From: Candidatus Jorgensenbacteria bacterium
GTDB lineage: Bacteria > Patescibacteriota > Minisyncoccia > UBA6257 > GWB1-50-10
Assembly (NCBI GenBank): GCA_037444725.1
Contig: JBBILW010000002.1
Location: forward strand, 1 to 53,118
Direction: 5' to 3'
DNA length: 53,118 nt
Positions within the stretch are counted from its first letter, which is position 1; each line of letters starts with the position of its first letter. Shown here piece by piece: positions 41,570-50,675 of the stretch. The notes under the pieces were generated by a model. The model was not told where the DNA came from, made no database searches, and saw nothing but the letters and a program-made list of their open reading frames with translations. The position numbers and the translations under genes were made by a program.

Positions 41570-44104
41570 CTACGCCTCAAGCCTTAGTCCCTTGAACATC
41601 TTTAAAATTTCAAACCACGCAATACTTATGACTACGGTAAGTATGATGATAAATACGTCCCGCGAATGCAGCGGCGCAAGCCGGAAAAGTTCAGCAAAAA
41701 ACGGAATATATACGACCGCGGTGAGAAATGCGAGCGCCCCCGCAAAAATAATCCAGAATGCCTTGCTTGCGGAAAGAAGCGTCTGAAAAATTGTTTTCCC
41801 CCATGAAAGATTGGACGCAATAAGCATGAGATTCGCGAGTACAAGCGACACGAATGCGAATGAGCGTGCTTCAAATTCGCTCATACCCGTCTTTATGGAA
41901 TAAACATATATCACAAACGTTGCAATGAGAACGCCCAAACCCTGTATGAGGCTTATTCCCACATTTTTTGCATTGAAAAGCCGCTCGCGCAAATTGCGCG
42001 GCGGTCGCTTCATTATATCGTCCGCCTCCTTCTCCGATTCGAATACCACCGAGCACGCAGGATCGATAATGAATTCCAAGAATGCTATGTGCGCGGGCAA
42101 AAGTGCCGCGGGCATATTAAATACAATCGGTAAAATGGACATGCCGGCAATGGGCACATGCACCGCCAAAATGTACCCCATGGCGCGCTTCAAATTGTCA
42201 TAGATTCTCCTACCCATGCGCACTGCGACCACAATCGAAGAAAAATCGTCGTTTAACAATACGAGCGACGATGCCTCACGTGCCACATCCGTTCCCCTGC
42301 CCCCCATCGCAATCCCGATATGCGCAGCTTTCAGCGCAGGCGCGTCATTTACGCCATCTCCCGTCATAGCGACGATTTCTCCGTTCGCTTTTAACGCGTC
42401 TACAATTAAAAGCTTCTGCTCAGGCAACACGCGCGCGAATATATTGATATTCCTTATTTTCTCACGCAATTCCAAATGATTGAGCTTTCTCAAATCATCT
42501 CCCGTTAAATAAAGTTCAGGGTTATTGAGACCTGCTTTGCGCGCCACAAATTGCGCGGTTCCGGGATAATCTCCCGTAATCATAATAATCCGCATCCCTG
42601 CCGAATATGCCTCCCTCACCGATTCGGGCACCGTATCGCGGACAGGGTCCACAAAACCGAGAAGTCCGAGAAAGGTGAAATCAAAATCATGTTGCGTCGC
42701 AGGCAAATCCGCACGCGCGTAAGTAGATTCGGCCACGCCAAGTACGCGCAACCCCCTGTCCGACATCTCTTTTACTTTTTCTAAGACACGCTCTTTCTCT
42801 TTGCTGCTTACATGGCACAAATCTAAAACTGCCTCAGGAGAACCCTTGGAGGCTACAATATATCCCTCTTTGTCTTTCGCCTTCCACGCGTGAGAAAGCG
42901 CCATAAATTCCCTTGTGAGCGCGTACTCTTTTTCGAGGGCATAAGTCTGCAACGCGGGGTATGTCGGCAATAGTTTTCCTGATTTTTTTATCGCTTTCTC
43001 GAGAGGGTCATAGGGGTCCATCTGGCTCGCAAGAACGCCGTATTCAACCAATCGCTCAAACGGGCCGTGAGGAAGCTCCTCCGCCTTGTGGAGCGGAAGA
43101 AAAGTGTTATCCGCATAAAGCTCGGCTAATTGAGCGCTGTTCATTGTAAGTGTGCCGGTCTTATCGGCGCAGAGTACGGTTGCAGCACCAAGAGTCTCGA
43201 TAACTGCCGAGCGGCGCGTGAGCACCTTATTCCTTGAAATTCTCCATGCACCTACCGTAAGGAAAAGCAGCAACACGACAGGAAACTCTTCGGGGATTGT
43301 CGCCATGCTGAGCGACAGGCCCGCCAAAAATCCGCCAATGATGTCGCGTTTCACATATGCGTAAGCAACCACCACGAGCACGCTGAGTATCGCGCTTCCC
43401 GCGGCAACAAGACGGACGATTCGGCTCGTTTCCTTATGAAGAAGCGTTTTTTCTTCTTTTATCCTCTCTAAACTTTTTCCAATTTTTCCAATTTCAGTAT
43501 GCACGCCGCACGCATGAACTCTCGCAAGCGCGTGCCCACTCACCACAAGCGAGGCGGAGTAGATGAATGGCAAATCGTCGCCTCCGGGCCTTGCAACCGC
43601 CATCGCGCCATCCCAATCGTTCTTTCTCACCGCCACAGATTCTCCCGTGAGCAACGACTCATCAACACTCAAATTTTCCGACGAGAACACTGTTGCATCC
43701 GCAGGAACGCGGTCACCTTCGCGAATAACCACAATGTCGCCGAGCACTACGTCTCTGCCGGGAATTCTTTTCTGGACTCCGTCACGAATGACGAGTGCGC
43801 GCGGACTCGAGAGATCGCGCAACGCGTCAAGAATTTTTTCGGTTTTCCGCTCCTGATAGTAGGTAATACCGATAATAACGCACGCAGAAATGATGAGCAT
43901 TATCGCATCCCGCACCTCGCCGAGAAACAGGTAGGTAATGGCGGTAGCCGCGAGCAATAAGAGCATGGGCTCGGAAAGCACCGCCCACATTATGGCGAAG
44001 CCGCTTCTTTTTTTCTGCGAAGGCAGCTCGTTAAATCCTTCCGCTCTAAGTAATCGCCGAGCCTCCGCTTCAGTAAGTCCTTGATTGAGATTCGTAGTAT
44101 GCAT
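41570..44104 (-). CDS. Cation-transporting P-type ATPase (P2-type, Ca2+/Mg2+-like)
   Basis: N-terminal GLTEAEARRLLRAEGFNELP, then DKTGTLT, TGDYPGTA, and TGDGVNDAPALK. Trimmed to ATG at 44102-44104. Confidence 0.85.
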   Translation of the reverse strand: MHTTNLNQGLTEAEARRLLRAEGFNELPSQKKRSGFAIMWAVLSEPMLLLLAATAITYLFLGEVRDAIMLIISACVIIGITYYQERKTEKILDALRDLSSPRALVIRDGVQKRIPGRDVVLGDIVVIREGDRVPADATVFSSENLSVDESLLTGESVAVRKNDWDGAMAVARPGGDDLPFIYSASLVVSGHALARVHACGVHTEIGKIGKSLERIKEEKTLLHKETSRIVRLVAAGSAILSVLVVVAYAYVKRDIIGGFLAGLSLSMATIPEEFPVVLLLFLTVGAWRISRNKVLTRRSAVIETLGAATVLCADKTGTLTMNSAQLAELYADNTFLPLHKAEELPHGPFERLVEYGVLASQMDPYDPLEKAIKKSGKLLPTYPALQTYALEKEYALTREFMALSHAWKAKDKEGYIVASKGSPEAVLDLCHVSSKEKERVLEKVKEMSDRGLRVLGVAESTYARADLPATQHDFDFTFLGLLGFVDPVRDTVPESVREAYSAGMRIIMITGDYPGTAQFVARKAGLNNPELYLTGDDLRKLNHLELREKIRNINIFARVLPEQKLLIVDALKANGEIVAMTGDGVNDAPALKAAHIGIAMGGRGTDVAREASSLVLLNDDFSSIVVAVRMGRRIYDNLKRAMGYILAVHVPIAGMSILPIVFNMPAALLPAHIAFLEFIIDPACSVVFESEKEADDIMKRPPRNLRERLFNAKNVGISLIQGLGVLIATFVIYVYSIKTGMSEFEARSFAFVSLVLANLMLIASNLSWGKTIFQTLLSASKAFWIIFAGALAFLTAVVYIPFFAELFRLAPLHSRDVFIIILTVVISIAWFEILKMFKGLRLEA

Positions 44105-44114
44105 GAGGCGTACG

Positions 44115-44456
44115 TTAAAATCCTGTCGCGCTATTGATGAGATCAAGCTGGCTATACGACTGCGCAAGGAATTGCTGGGTAACAATAATCATGACGCCAA
44201 TAGCAAGCGCGGTAAGTACGAGGGATACAACACCTATTATTTTTGCCTTTCCGTTGCTCTGCTTCAGATACTTCATCGCGTATCCAAGTCCGAAAGGCGC
44301 AAGGAAAAAGCTCACCAAGTAGATAAGCGCCTGCTTTGCTACAGAAGTGTCGATTTCATGTTGTTTCAACTCGAATCCGCAATGAGAACAAAAAATATCC
44401 TTTTCGGATACTGCCATTCCGCATTGTGGGCATTGCATACCGGTACTTGGCTCCAT
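44115..44456 (-). CDS. Zinc-ribbon protein with two TM helices
   Basis: CPQCG...CSHCG ribbon followed by two hydrophobic helices. Confidence 0.55.
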   Translation of the reverse strand: MEPSTGMQCPQCGMAVSEKDIFCSHCGFELKQHEIDTSVAKQALIYLVSFFLAPFGLGYAMKYLKQSNGKAKIIGVVSLVLTALAIGVMIIVTQQFLAQSYSQLDLINSATGF

Positions 44457-44530
44457 GTGCTCATTATATCAGCATTTTTGCGAAGCGTTTTAAAAAAATC
44501 CCCCGCGTGCGTTACGCGAGGGATGAGAAA

Positions 44531-44914
44531 CTATGAACCATGCGGCCTCCTATTGCGAGCCGCCCGCACAATGAGGCCAACGGCCAGTATGAGAGAAAGC
44601 GCCCCCATGGCTCCCAACCATGCCGCGACCAGTACGGCAAGGGTGAGGAACATACTCATGACGCCGAAGTTTATGACGAGTTCAAGCGTCCCCACGCCTT
44701 CCCGGACGGCGTTCAAGACAAGAATAGCAATCATCATTACAGCCATGAACAGGCAGACCGCGGCAAAGCTGTCCGGGTACGGAATTGGCCACCCGGTCAC
44801 CGTGGCAACAAGCCACGCCTCGGTTGAGAGAAGCAGCGCGATTCCGCCGCCGAAAATGAATTCCGGAATGATGATGAGAAGCGTTGAAAGCAAGCCTTGC
44901 TTGAATCTCGCCAT
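44531..44914 (-). CDS. Small multipass membrane protein
   Basis: Trimmed to ATG at 44912-44914 (MARFKQGLL). Four predicted TM helices. Confidence 0.45.
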   Translation of the reverse strand: MARFKQGLLSTLLIIIPEFIFGGGIALLLSTEAWLVATVTGWPIPYPDSFAAVCLFMAVMMIAILVLNAVREGVGTLELVINFGVMSMFLTLAVLVAAWLGAMGALSLILAVGLIVRAARNRRPHGS

Positions 44915-44997
44915 ACGCCCATCCTTTCGTAAATAAGAGGTGAAAGTGCCAAACACACTACACCACACTCCCCCGCAAATTGCAATTCGCAGCAATA

Positions 44998-46188
44998 TTA
45001 CTTCGCGGCCGCGTTTCGGTTAAACGCATAAAATACGCCTGCGGTAACAATGGCGAGTAATAAGGACATTAGAAATCCCGCCTTAAATGAAAAATAGGTT
45101 ATCGCAATTCCGGTTACGAATGGACCGACCGTCTGGCCTATATCCATAATTGCCGAGAGAGCGCCAAGCGATGCGCCGAGCTTGTCTTTTGCCGTCACCT
45201 CGGCAACGTACGAGCTCGTTGCAACCGAGGTAAATGAAAGTCCGAGCGCGAACACGAGTCCGATGAGCGTCGCCGCGAAAACCGTCTGGAAATATCCAAG
45301 CGTGCCGATAGCGAGGCCTAGTGTGAGGATGCCGAGAAGTACCAGTTTTCGCTTATCAATTACATCCGCCAATTTTCCGAATATCGGCTGCGAGAGCGCA
45401 ATCGAGAGAATCTGGACGGAAAATATAAGACCGATTTCCCGCGCGGGGATATTGAGCTCGGTAAGATAGAGCGGTAAATAGGTTTCGAGCGCACCGTACG
45501 CAAAATACGTCGCCATCTCAACCGCAGCGGTAGAAAACAATTGTTTGTTCGCCAAAAAATATTTCAAATCAATAAGCAGGTCCCGCACCGCAAATCCGCC
45601 CTCGTGCGCCTCATCGCGTATGAGCATGGTGAAAAGGAGTACGGGCATAGCAAGAATAAATGCCGCAATATACACGTAAGAGTATTGCGTGAGCGCGGCA
45701 CCCTGGCTCGCAAAATAGCTGATGATAAATCCTCCGAGCATCGGTGCGAGCGCACGGCCCACAAGCGTTGCCGAGGAATAGAATCCGAGCTTCTCCCCCT
45801 TCGACGTCTCATACGCTTTCACAATCATTGCCGCAGAAACGGGCCCGAGTATCGCGGTCGCAATACCGTGGAAAAATCGGATGGGAATGAGCCACATCGG
45901 CGAGCTGACGGAAAGATACAAAAGAGGCGCAACGGTGAATATGAAGGCCGAAACCAGCAATAATTTTTTCCGCCCGATTTTGTCGGACATGAGTCCGATA
46001 GGAAAACTAAACAATATTCCCGCAAGAGGAGAAAATGCGGAAATAAGACCCACGATAAAGTCACTGCCTCCGAGCGCGTGGACATAGAGCGGCAGTACGG
46101 GACTTTTTGAAATAGTGGTCGAAAATATGCCGAAAAAACCTACGAGCGATAGGTAATAAATCATTTTCGAACCAAATTCTTTACTCAT
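44998..46188 (-). CDS. MFS transporter
   Basis: About 12 TM helices with the MFS loop motif GLMSDKIGRKKLL. Confidence 0.8.
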   Translation of the reverse strand: MSKEFGSKMIYYLSLVGFFGIFSTTISKSPVLPLYVHALGGSDFIVGLISAFSPLAGILFSFPIGLMSDKIGRKKLLLVSAFIFTVAPLLYLSVSSPMWLIPIRFFHGIATAILGPVSAAMIVKAYETSKGEKLGFYSSATLVGRALAPMLGGFIISYFASQGAALTQYSYVYIAAFILAMPVLLFTMLIRDEAHEGGFAVRDLLIDLKYFLANKQLFSTAAVEMATYFAYGALETYLPLYLTELNIPAREIGLIFSVQILSIALSQPIFGKLADVIDKRKLVLLGILTLGLAIGTLGYFQTVFAATLIGLVFALGLSFTSVATSSYVAEVTAKDKLGASLGALSAIMDIGQTVGPFVTGIAITYFSFKAGFLMSLLLAIVTAGVFYAFNRNAAAK

Positions 46189-46581
46189 TTATTTGAGGAT
46201 AAAATCAACCAGCACGCCCCACAATAACGCAATAATAGACGTGGCAAAAATAACGTAGTAATTCCACTTTTCTTTCGAGGAAAGCAGCGTGCCAAAAATG
46301 TACTGCATTGCCGATTTCTCCTCATCGTTGAACTCGGTGCTTCCCGCAATCCGTTCGGTAAGCTTATATTCCGCGACAAGTTTCGCACGGCGCGCGGCAA
46401 CCGAGTATCGGTGCGCAAAATAAAGAATAAATCCGACGGTGCCGACATACCACGCACCCTTCAAAAGACCCTGGTTCAAATTTGCGAGCACAATTATTGC
46501 GCGATAGAGAATCGTAGCAATGATGCCAATCCAAAAGAAAAACGAGCGTACCCACGGCGCATTTGGCTTAAATTCTTTCAT
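46189..46581 (-). CDS. Membrane protein of unknown function
   Basis: Three hydrophobic helices. It abuts the MFS gene start. Confidence 0.45.
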   Translation of the reverse strand: MKEFKPNAPWVRSFFFWIGIIATILYRAIIVLANLNQGLLKGAWYVGTVGFILYFAHRYSVAARRAKLVAEYKLTERIAGSTEFNDEEKSAMQYIFGTLLSSKEKWNYYVIFATSIIALLWGVLVDFILK

Positions 46582-46619
46582 ATAGTTATCGTAACAGATT
46601 AATTATCAGGTGCGCGATT

Positions 46620-47141
46620 TTAAGCTTCCAGATTCAATCCAGCATTATTTAAAACTAATGCAATCTGCGTTCTAAATTTCCCCTGCTGGCCCGTGGAGGG
46701 AAACGGAATCTCCACGCCATTATTGATTACATTAAAACCGTTTGACTTGAGCGGGTCCGCAAGAAGTCGACAAATATTTACCTTTACTAAAATAATCGGG
46801 GTCTTTTTGTCAGGCGTTAGGGTTTCTAAATCCTCCAAAAGTGTAGGTAATGAATTCTTAATAACCTTATCGCGTTTCCAACTCACGTATTGATCTACAG
46901 GAATATAAGTCGCGTCAACGATAATAAGTCCCCTTCTAACAAACTCCGCCAAACCTGATGCTTTATCAGCAGACTCATAGCCAATCAATTCCATCATGGC
47001 CACAAAAAGCGGTTCGGTGGCTTTTCCCTCCGCGTCGTAGAAATACTTTCCAGACTCTGGTGGTGACTCAAAAACAAAAATTGCCTTTATATTTTCGGGC
47101 TGATATTTATTTCGTTTGTTGATGTATTTGTTACGCGACAT
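46620..47141 (-). CDS. Divergent uracil-DNA-glycosylase-superfamily-like protein
   Basis: The order of elements mirrors the UDG fold: IFVFESPPESG (motif A position), LIIVDATY, PIILVKVNI, and IPFPSTG (motif B / HPS position). Its ATG overlaps the upstream stop as TAATG. Confidence 0.4.
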   Translation of the reverse strand: MSRNKYINKRNKYQPENIKAIFVFESPPESGKYFYDAEGKATEPLFVAMMELIGYESADKASGLAEFVRRGLIIVDATYIPVDQYVSWKRDKVIKNSLPTLLEDLETLTPDKKTPIILVKVNICRLLADPLKSNGFNVINNGVEIPFPSTGQQGKFRTQIALVLNNAGLNLEA

Positions 47142-48310
47142 TACCGATTTCCTTTTGCTCGATTATGCGTCTTGCAAAGCATCTGACAATTCTTGGCTGA
47201 CGTAGATCCGCCCTTACTCCAGGCCGCAACATGATCAGCGTCCATTTCTGCAATGCTCCAAATCCTCTCCTTGTTCACGTCATGGCCGACAGCGCAGAGA
47301 GGACAATTTGATTCCTTTTTTTTCTTCGCTTTGGCGGTTTGTGATTCGTAAGTAGATCGCTTGATCGCCTCATCAAAAACTCGAACCTCTAGTAATTTTG
47401 TATCGGTTAAGCCACCAAGAATATACTCAAAAATGCCTTTGCGATTTTTGATATACGGATCACTATAGAGCTTATTCACTTCGGCGGATATCTTAGTCGG
47501 GTTATACGCCTTTTTGTGATACACCTCATAAAGTCGCCCCCACTCAAGTCCGCGCATTTCGCTTTCAACATCGACAAATACACCAGACACCCAATCGATG
47601 ACGGTGTTGAAATATTTTTTCAACTCATCAATATTTCTATCTTTGCGATGCTTGCTCATGTAGTCACCAATATTACCCCTACTTACCCAGTCAAGAGCAC
47701 ATTCCAAAAATTCCTGTCGATTTGCGCTACCCGATACATACGCACTCCATTTTTGAATGTTGGCGTTTTGACTATTACTAAATTCTTCCTTAGCTCTAGT
47801 TACGAATGGACCAGAATATACAGCATTGAGTAATTCCTGATTATTGAGCGGAACACCGGCGATATTTATGGTCTTAAACCACTCTTTTATTTGACTTTCT
47901 GTTCCTTCGCATTCATAGATAAGTAATTTTGTTTTCAAAATCTTATCCTTCTTATCTTTCGCCATACCGCCAAAATATTGCTCCATCCCGTTTTCGTCTT
48001 TAATGGCAAATTTATCAGTAATAAATCTTCCAAGACTGGTGATACGCTGTTGCCCATCTAAAACTTCTAGATTGTCGGTAGAAACTTTATTGAAATAGAT
48101 CAATCCTATCGGATATCCCTTAAGAACTGATTCGATAACGGCCATTTCTCTTTTCCCCCCGTCAGATGCATAAATATAGTTTCGTTGATACTCCGGCTGA
48201 ATAGTGAGTTTACCAGCCAAACCAAACAAGCCCTTACCCTCAAGTTCGTTATAGACGAACCCCTCGCAAATATCTTTAACGGTGATATCAGTGCTTAATT
48301 TTGTTTTCAT
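47141..48310 (-). CDS. DUF262 (ParB-like NTPase/nuclease) fused to a C-terminal HNH endonuclease
   Basis: DUF262 motifs IQPEYQR and [12 protein letters not shown], plus [14 protein letters not shown] region CPLC...[12 protein letters not shown]...[15 protein letters not shown]. Confidence 0.8.
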   Translation of the reverse strand: MKTKLSTDITVKDICEGFVYNELEGKGLFGLAGKLTIQPEYQRNYIYASDGGKREMAVIESVLKGYPIGLIYFNKVSTDNLEVLDGQQRITSLGRFITDKFAIKDENGMEQYFGGMAKDKKDKILKTKLLIYECEGTESQIKEWFKTINIAGVPLNNQELLNAVYSGPFVTRAKEEFSNSQNANIQKWSAYVSGSANRQEFLECALDWVSRGNIGDYMSKHRKDRNIDELKKYFNTVIDWVSGVFVDVESEMRGLEWGRLYEVYHKKAYNPTKISAEVNKLYSDPYIKNRKGIFEYILGGLTDTKLLEVRVFDEAIKRSTYESQTAKAKKKKESNCPLCAVGHDVNKERIWSIAEMDADHVAAWSKGGSTSAKNCQMLCKTHNRAKGNR

Positions 48311-48319
48311 GTTATTTAT

Positions 48320-48925
48320 TTATATGACGATATCAGGAAGGTCCCTAAGTTTTTTACCCTTATATTTGAAATAGTCCGCACCCGCGTAGGCGCCACTCGC
48401 ATTCAACTCACCTCGCTGCTCATAGAGCCTATATGTAAGCGGCGCCAATTTCCAAACCTGACCCCCGTATTCTACCTCCCGTTCGCCGACAATCTTTGCA
48501 GTTATTGCTTCGTCGTCTTTAAAAACGATTTCGTCTCCGTTTTTCAGCCCCTTTTTATAGAAGCTAAACAACCTACTTCGTTCTCTGACCCTAGAAACCG
48601 CATCGAACTCTCTTTCTTGGTCTATGTTTTCAGGATAAATAATCTTTCCCTTAAACGAGAGTAAAAGCTGACGTATTAGCTCTTGGTCGAGAGCGAAGAG
48701 TTCGCTTTCGCCTACCCTGTGTTTGTTAAAAATATCATGCAGCAAAATCTCTTTTTCAACGTAGTCCTCAAGTTCAATCGCAAAAAATCTTTTCAAACCA
48801 GCAACATTATAATAGCCGTTTGCCTCGAGGTTTCGCATCCGTTCGGAATAATTGCCGGTGCCGGTTTGCCCAATTTTTACTAGGCCGGAGACAGCCGTTG
48901 TCATTATGTAAATAATCCCTTTCAT
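48320..48925 (-). CDS. T5orf172 / GIY-YIG-superfamily domain protein with an unassigned C-terminal half
   Basis: GIIYIM (GIY position), LVKIGQT (YIG position), ERMRNL (Arg), and ESELF (Glu). Residues from about 100 to 201 are unassigned. Confidence 0.6.
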   Translation of the reverse strand: MKGIIYIMTTAVSGLVKIGQTGTGNYSERMRNLEANGYYNVAGLKRFFAIELEDYVEKEILLHDIFNKHRVGESELFALDQELIRQLLLSFKGKIIYPENIDQEREFDAVSRVRERSRLFSFYKKGLKNGDEIVFKDDEAITAKIVGEREVEYGGQVWKLAPLTYRLYEQRGELNASGAYAGADYFKYKGKKLRDLPDIVI

Positions 48926-48926
48926 A

Positions 48927-50135
48927 TTATTTATTCTTGCGTCGTATAAGCACTCTTTGATAAACCTTCTCCATCAGGCCATTCTGAACAACCACGCCAC
49001 TCGCGTTCAGATCGTAGGTTCCTTTTTTGCTAAATTTATCTAAATAGGCTTGCTTACATTCAATGGAAGAATATTTCTTTGTTTTTAATTTATAAAGATC
49101 TTCATTTTCACACATCCCCAATATCTCAAACTGGTCGGGGTTATATTTGTCTAAAAAACTGATTGGCACACCCATCACGCCGCCATAATCACTAGGGATA
49201 GCATCGGTAAATGACACCTCTATGGCGTCATAATTATCATATTTATCATACGCGTTTTTTCCTTTAATTTCTTTGTGCTTGCTATATTTTAGATTCTCCT
49301 CCATCGTCATAAGTGGTAACGGTTGGTGACGTCGTCCATGGTCTACGTTGGTGAACCAAAGTGCGGTGTGTATTCCGATTAGCGGTTTGCCATCAATAAT
49401 TCTCCACCACATCCCTTGCGGCTTACTCGCCATAACCTTTTCGGTATATTCTTTCGGCGCTTCTAAAAACATTTGTTGGCTACTTGTCTTATTCCCAAGC
49501 CATAATTTATTACTTTTAATTAGAGGGAAAACCTCTTTGTAAGTAATCGCGTTCATGTTGCCGATAATAACGAATTTTTTATTGTAATCAAAAAGCTGCT
49601 TAACATACTCGCGGAACAAGCTGAACGGTGGGTTAGTAACAACGACGTCGGACTGCTTCAGCAAATCCACGCATTCTTCACTGCGAAAATCTCCGTCGCC
49701 TTCGAGCGGCATCCATTCGTTGTGTTTGTTTGCTTTTAATTGCTTCGCAACGTCCTTCAAGTTGAACTCGCCATCGCCGTCCATATCGCCCACATCACTC
49801 ACAATAAACTTGTTTGCGGTTACTTTCGGGCGGCCTTTTGATTTCGTAAGGGTTTTATCATCGCCAAATAATCCTAGTTGTGTGTTGGCCACAGGCGAGG
49901 GTTTATAACTTGTGGTAATAAGCTTTTTTAACCCGAGCTTATTGAAATTGAGTACAAAATATCGGAAGAAATTGCTCTCAAATGGGTCGTCGCAGTTGCA
50001 ATATATCACCCTACCTCGAAATACGTCGGGGTTATATTCTAAATAAGCCCCGATCTCTTTCTGAATATCGTTATACTGAGTATAAAACTCATCGTTCTTT
50101 TCCCTTTTTGCGTTTGTGAGATGGCTGTTTGCCAT
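48927..50135 (-). CDS. N6-adenine DNA methyltransferase (EcoRI-methylase-like family)
   Basis: Motif IV VVTNPPFS, the N-terminal KNDEFYTQ and YCNCDDPF blocks, and NFFRYFVLNF. Confidence 0.75.
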   Translation of the reverse strand: MANSHLTNAKREKNDEFYTQYNDIQKEIGAYLEYNPDVFRGRVIYCNCDDPFESNFFRYFVLNFNKLGLKKLITTSYKPSPVANTQLGLFGDDKTLTKSKGRPKVTANKFIVSDVGDMDGDGEFNLKDVAKQLKANKHNEWMPLEGDGDFRSEECVDLLKQSDVVVTNPPFSLFREYVKQLFDYNKKFVIIGNMNAITYKEVFPLIKSNKLWLGNKTSSQQMFLEAPKEYTEKVMASKPQGMWWRIIDGKPLIGIHTALWFTNVDHGRRHQPLPLMTMEENLKYSKHKEIKGKNAYDKYDNYDAIEVSFTDAIPSDYGGVMGVPISFLDKYNPDQFEILGMCENEDLYKLKTKKYSSIECKQAYLDKFSKKGTYDLNASGVVVQNGLMEKVYQRVLIRRKNK

Positions 50136-50140
50136 AATTT

Positions 50141-50506
50141 TTATTTCTTAAATATACCCACAACACTATCAACAACATATTTAAGTGGCGCCATTGCAGC
50201 TATCAGGCGATTTTTTGTTAATAAGTTGCTCCGCCATGGATAACCGCGGCCACATTTATGGCAATTTAGAGGAACGGCTGGACCACTGCCACCAATAACC
50301 CCCGAAACGTGATAATAGCCTTTTATTCTAGAATTACAGTGCTCACATTTAAAAACTGTTGGACTTCCGCATTTCTCGCAAAAATCCTGCCCATGATTTG
50401 GGTAGGAATCAAGGAAGTCTGTAATTTTATGACCCCATTTTTTACAAACTTGCATCGTGTCGTAATAACTACTCATAAATATTTTCTCATTATTTATCTC
50501 GCTCAT
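50141..50506 (-). CDS. Multi-CxxC zinc-ribbon protein (DUF2321-like)
   Basis: CEKCGSPTVFKCEHCNSRIKG and NCHKCGRGYPW. This is the first gene of the island operon. Confidence 0.5.
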   Translation of the reverse strand: MSEINNEKIFMSSYYDTMQVCKKWGHKITDFLDSYPNHGQDFCEKCGSPTVFKCEHCNSRIKGYYHVSGVIGGSGPAVPLNCHKCGRGYPWRSNLLTKNRLIAAMAPLKYVVDSVVGIFKK

Positions 50507-50604
50507 CTTCTCAAAAAGGTGTTCATGTCAGACTCCTTAATCCATCGGCACAACTTCGAACACCATTAATCTTTGTCTGCCCACTCGATGAACTATCTGG
50601 ATCC

Positions 50605-50633
50605 ATCTTACCGCCTCCGCATTTCATGGTCAA
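50605..50633 (-). promoter_or_regulatory. Candidate sigma70-type promoter of the island operon
   Basis: On the minus strand, TTGACC (complement of 50628-50633), a 17-nt spacer, then TAAGAT (complement of 50605-50610). Confidence 0.45.
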
Positions 50634-50645
50634 AAGAATAAAAAA

Positions 50646-50658
50646 CGGCACATTGCCG
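50646..50658. terminator. Hairpin terminator between tRNA-Lys and the island promoter
   Basis: AAAAA-CGGCA-cat-TGCCG-TTTTT. Confidence 0.6.
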
Positions 50659-50675
50659 TTTTTGATTTATTTTTG

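Larger units (their letters stand above)
46620..50640 (-). other. AT-rich five-gene accessory island (putative DNA-modification/restriction-type defence operon) downstream of tRNA-Lys
   Basis: Hand GC counts are 18/60 (48301-48360) and 21/60 (49001-49060), versus 31/60 in the backbone (45001-45060). Gene junctions are a 1-nt overlap and gaps of 9, 1 and 5 nt. The island has its own promoter and lies next to the tRNA 3' end. Confidence 0.7.

Noticed and set aside
46582-46640. A search for a direct repeat of the tRNA-Lys 3' end (att-like site) at the far boundary of the AT-rich island, and for an integrase.
   Set aside because: By eye I found no copy of the tRNA 3' segment and no recombinase gene. 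I therefore describe the block as a compositional island rather than a demonstrable integrative element. An alignment-based search should confirm this.
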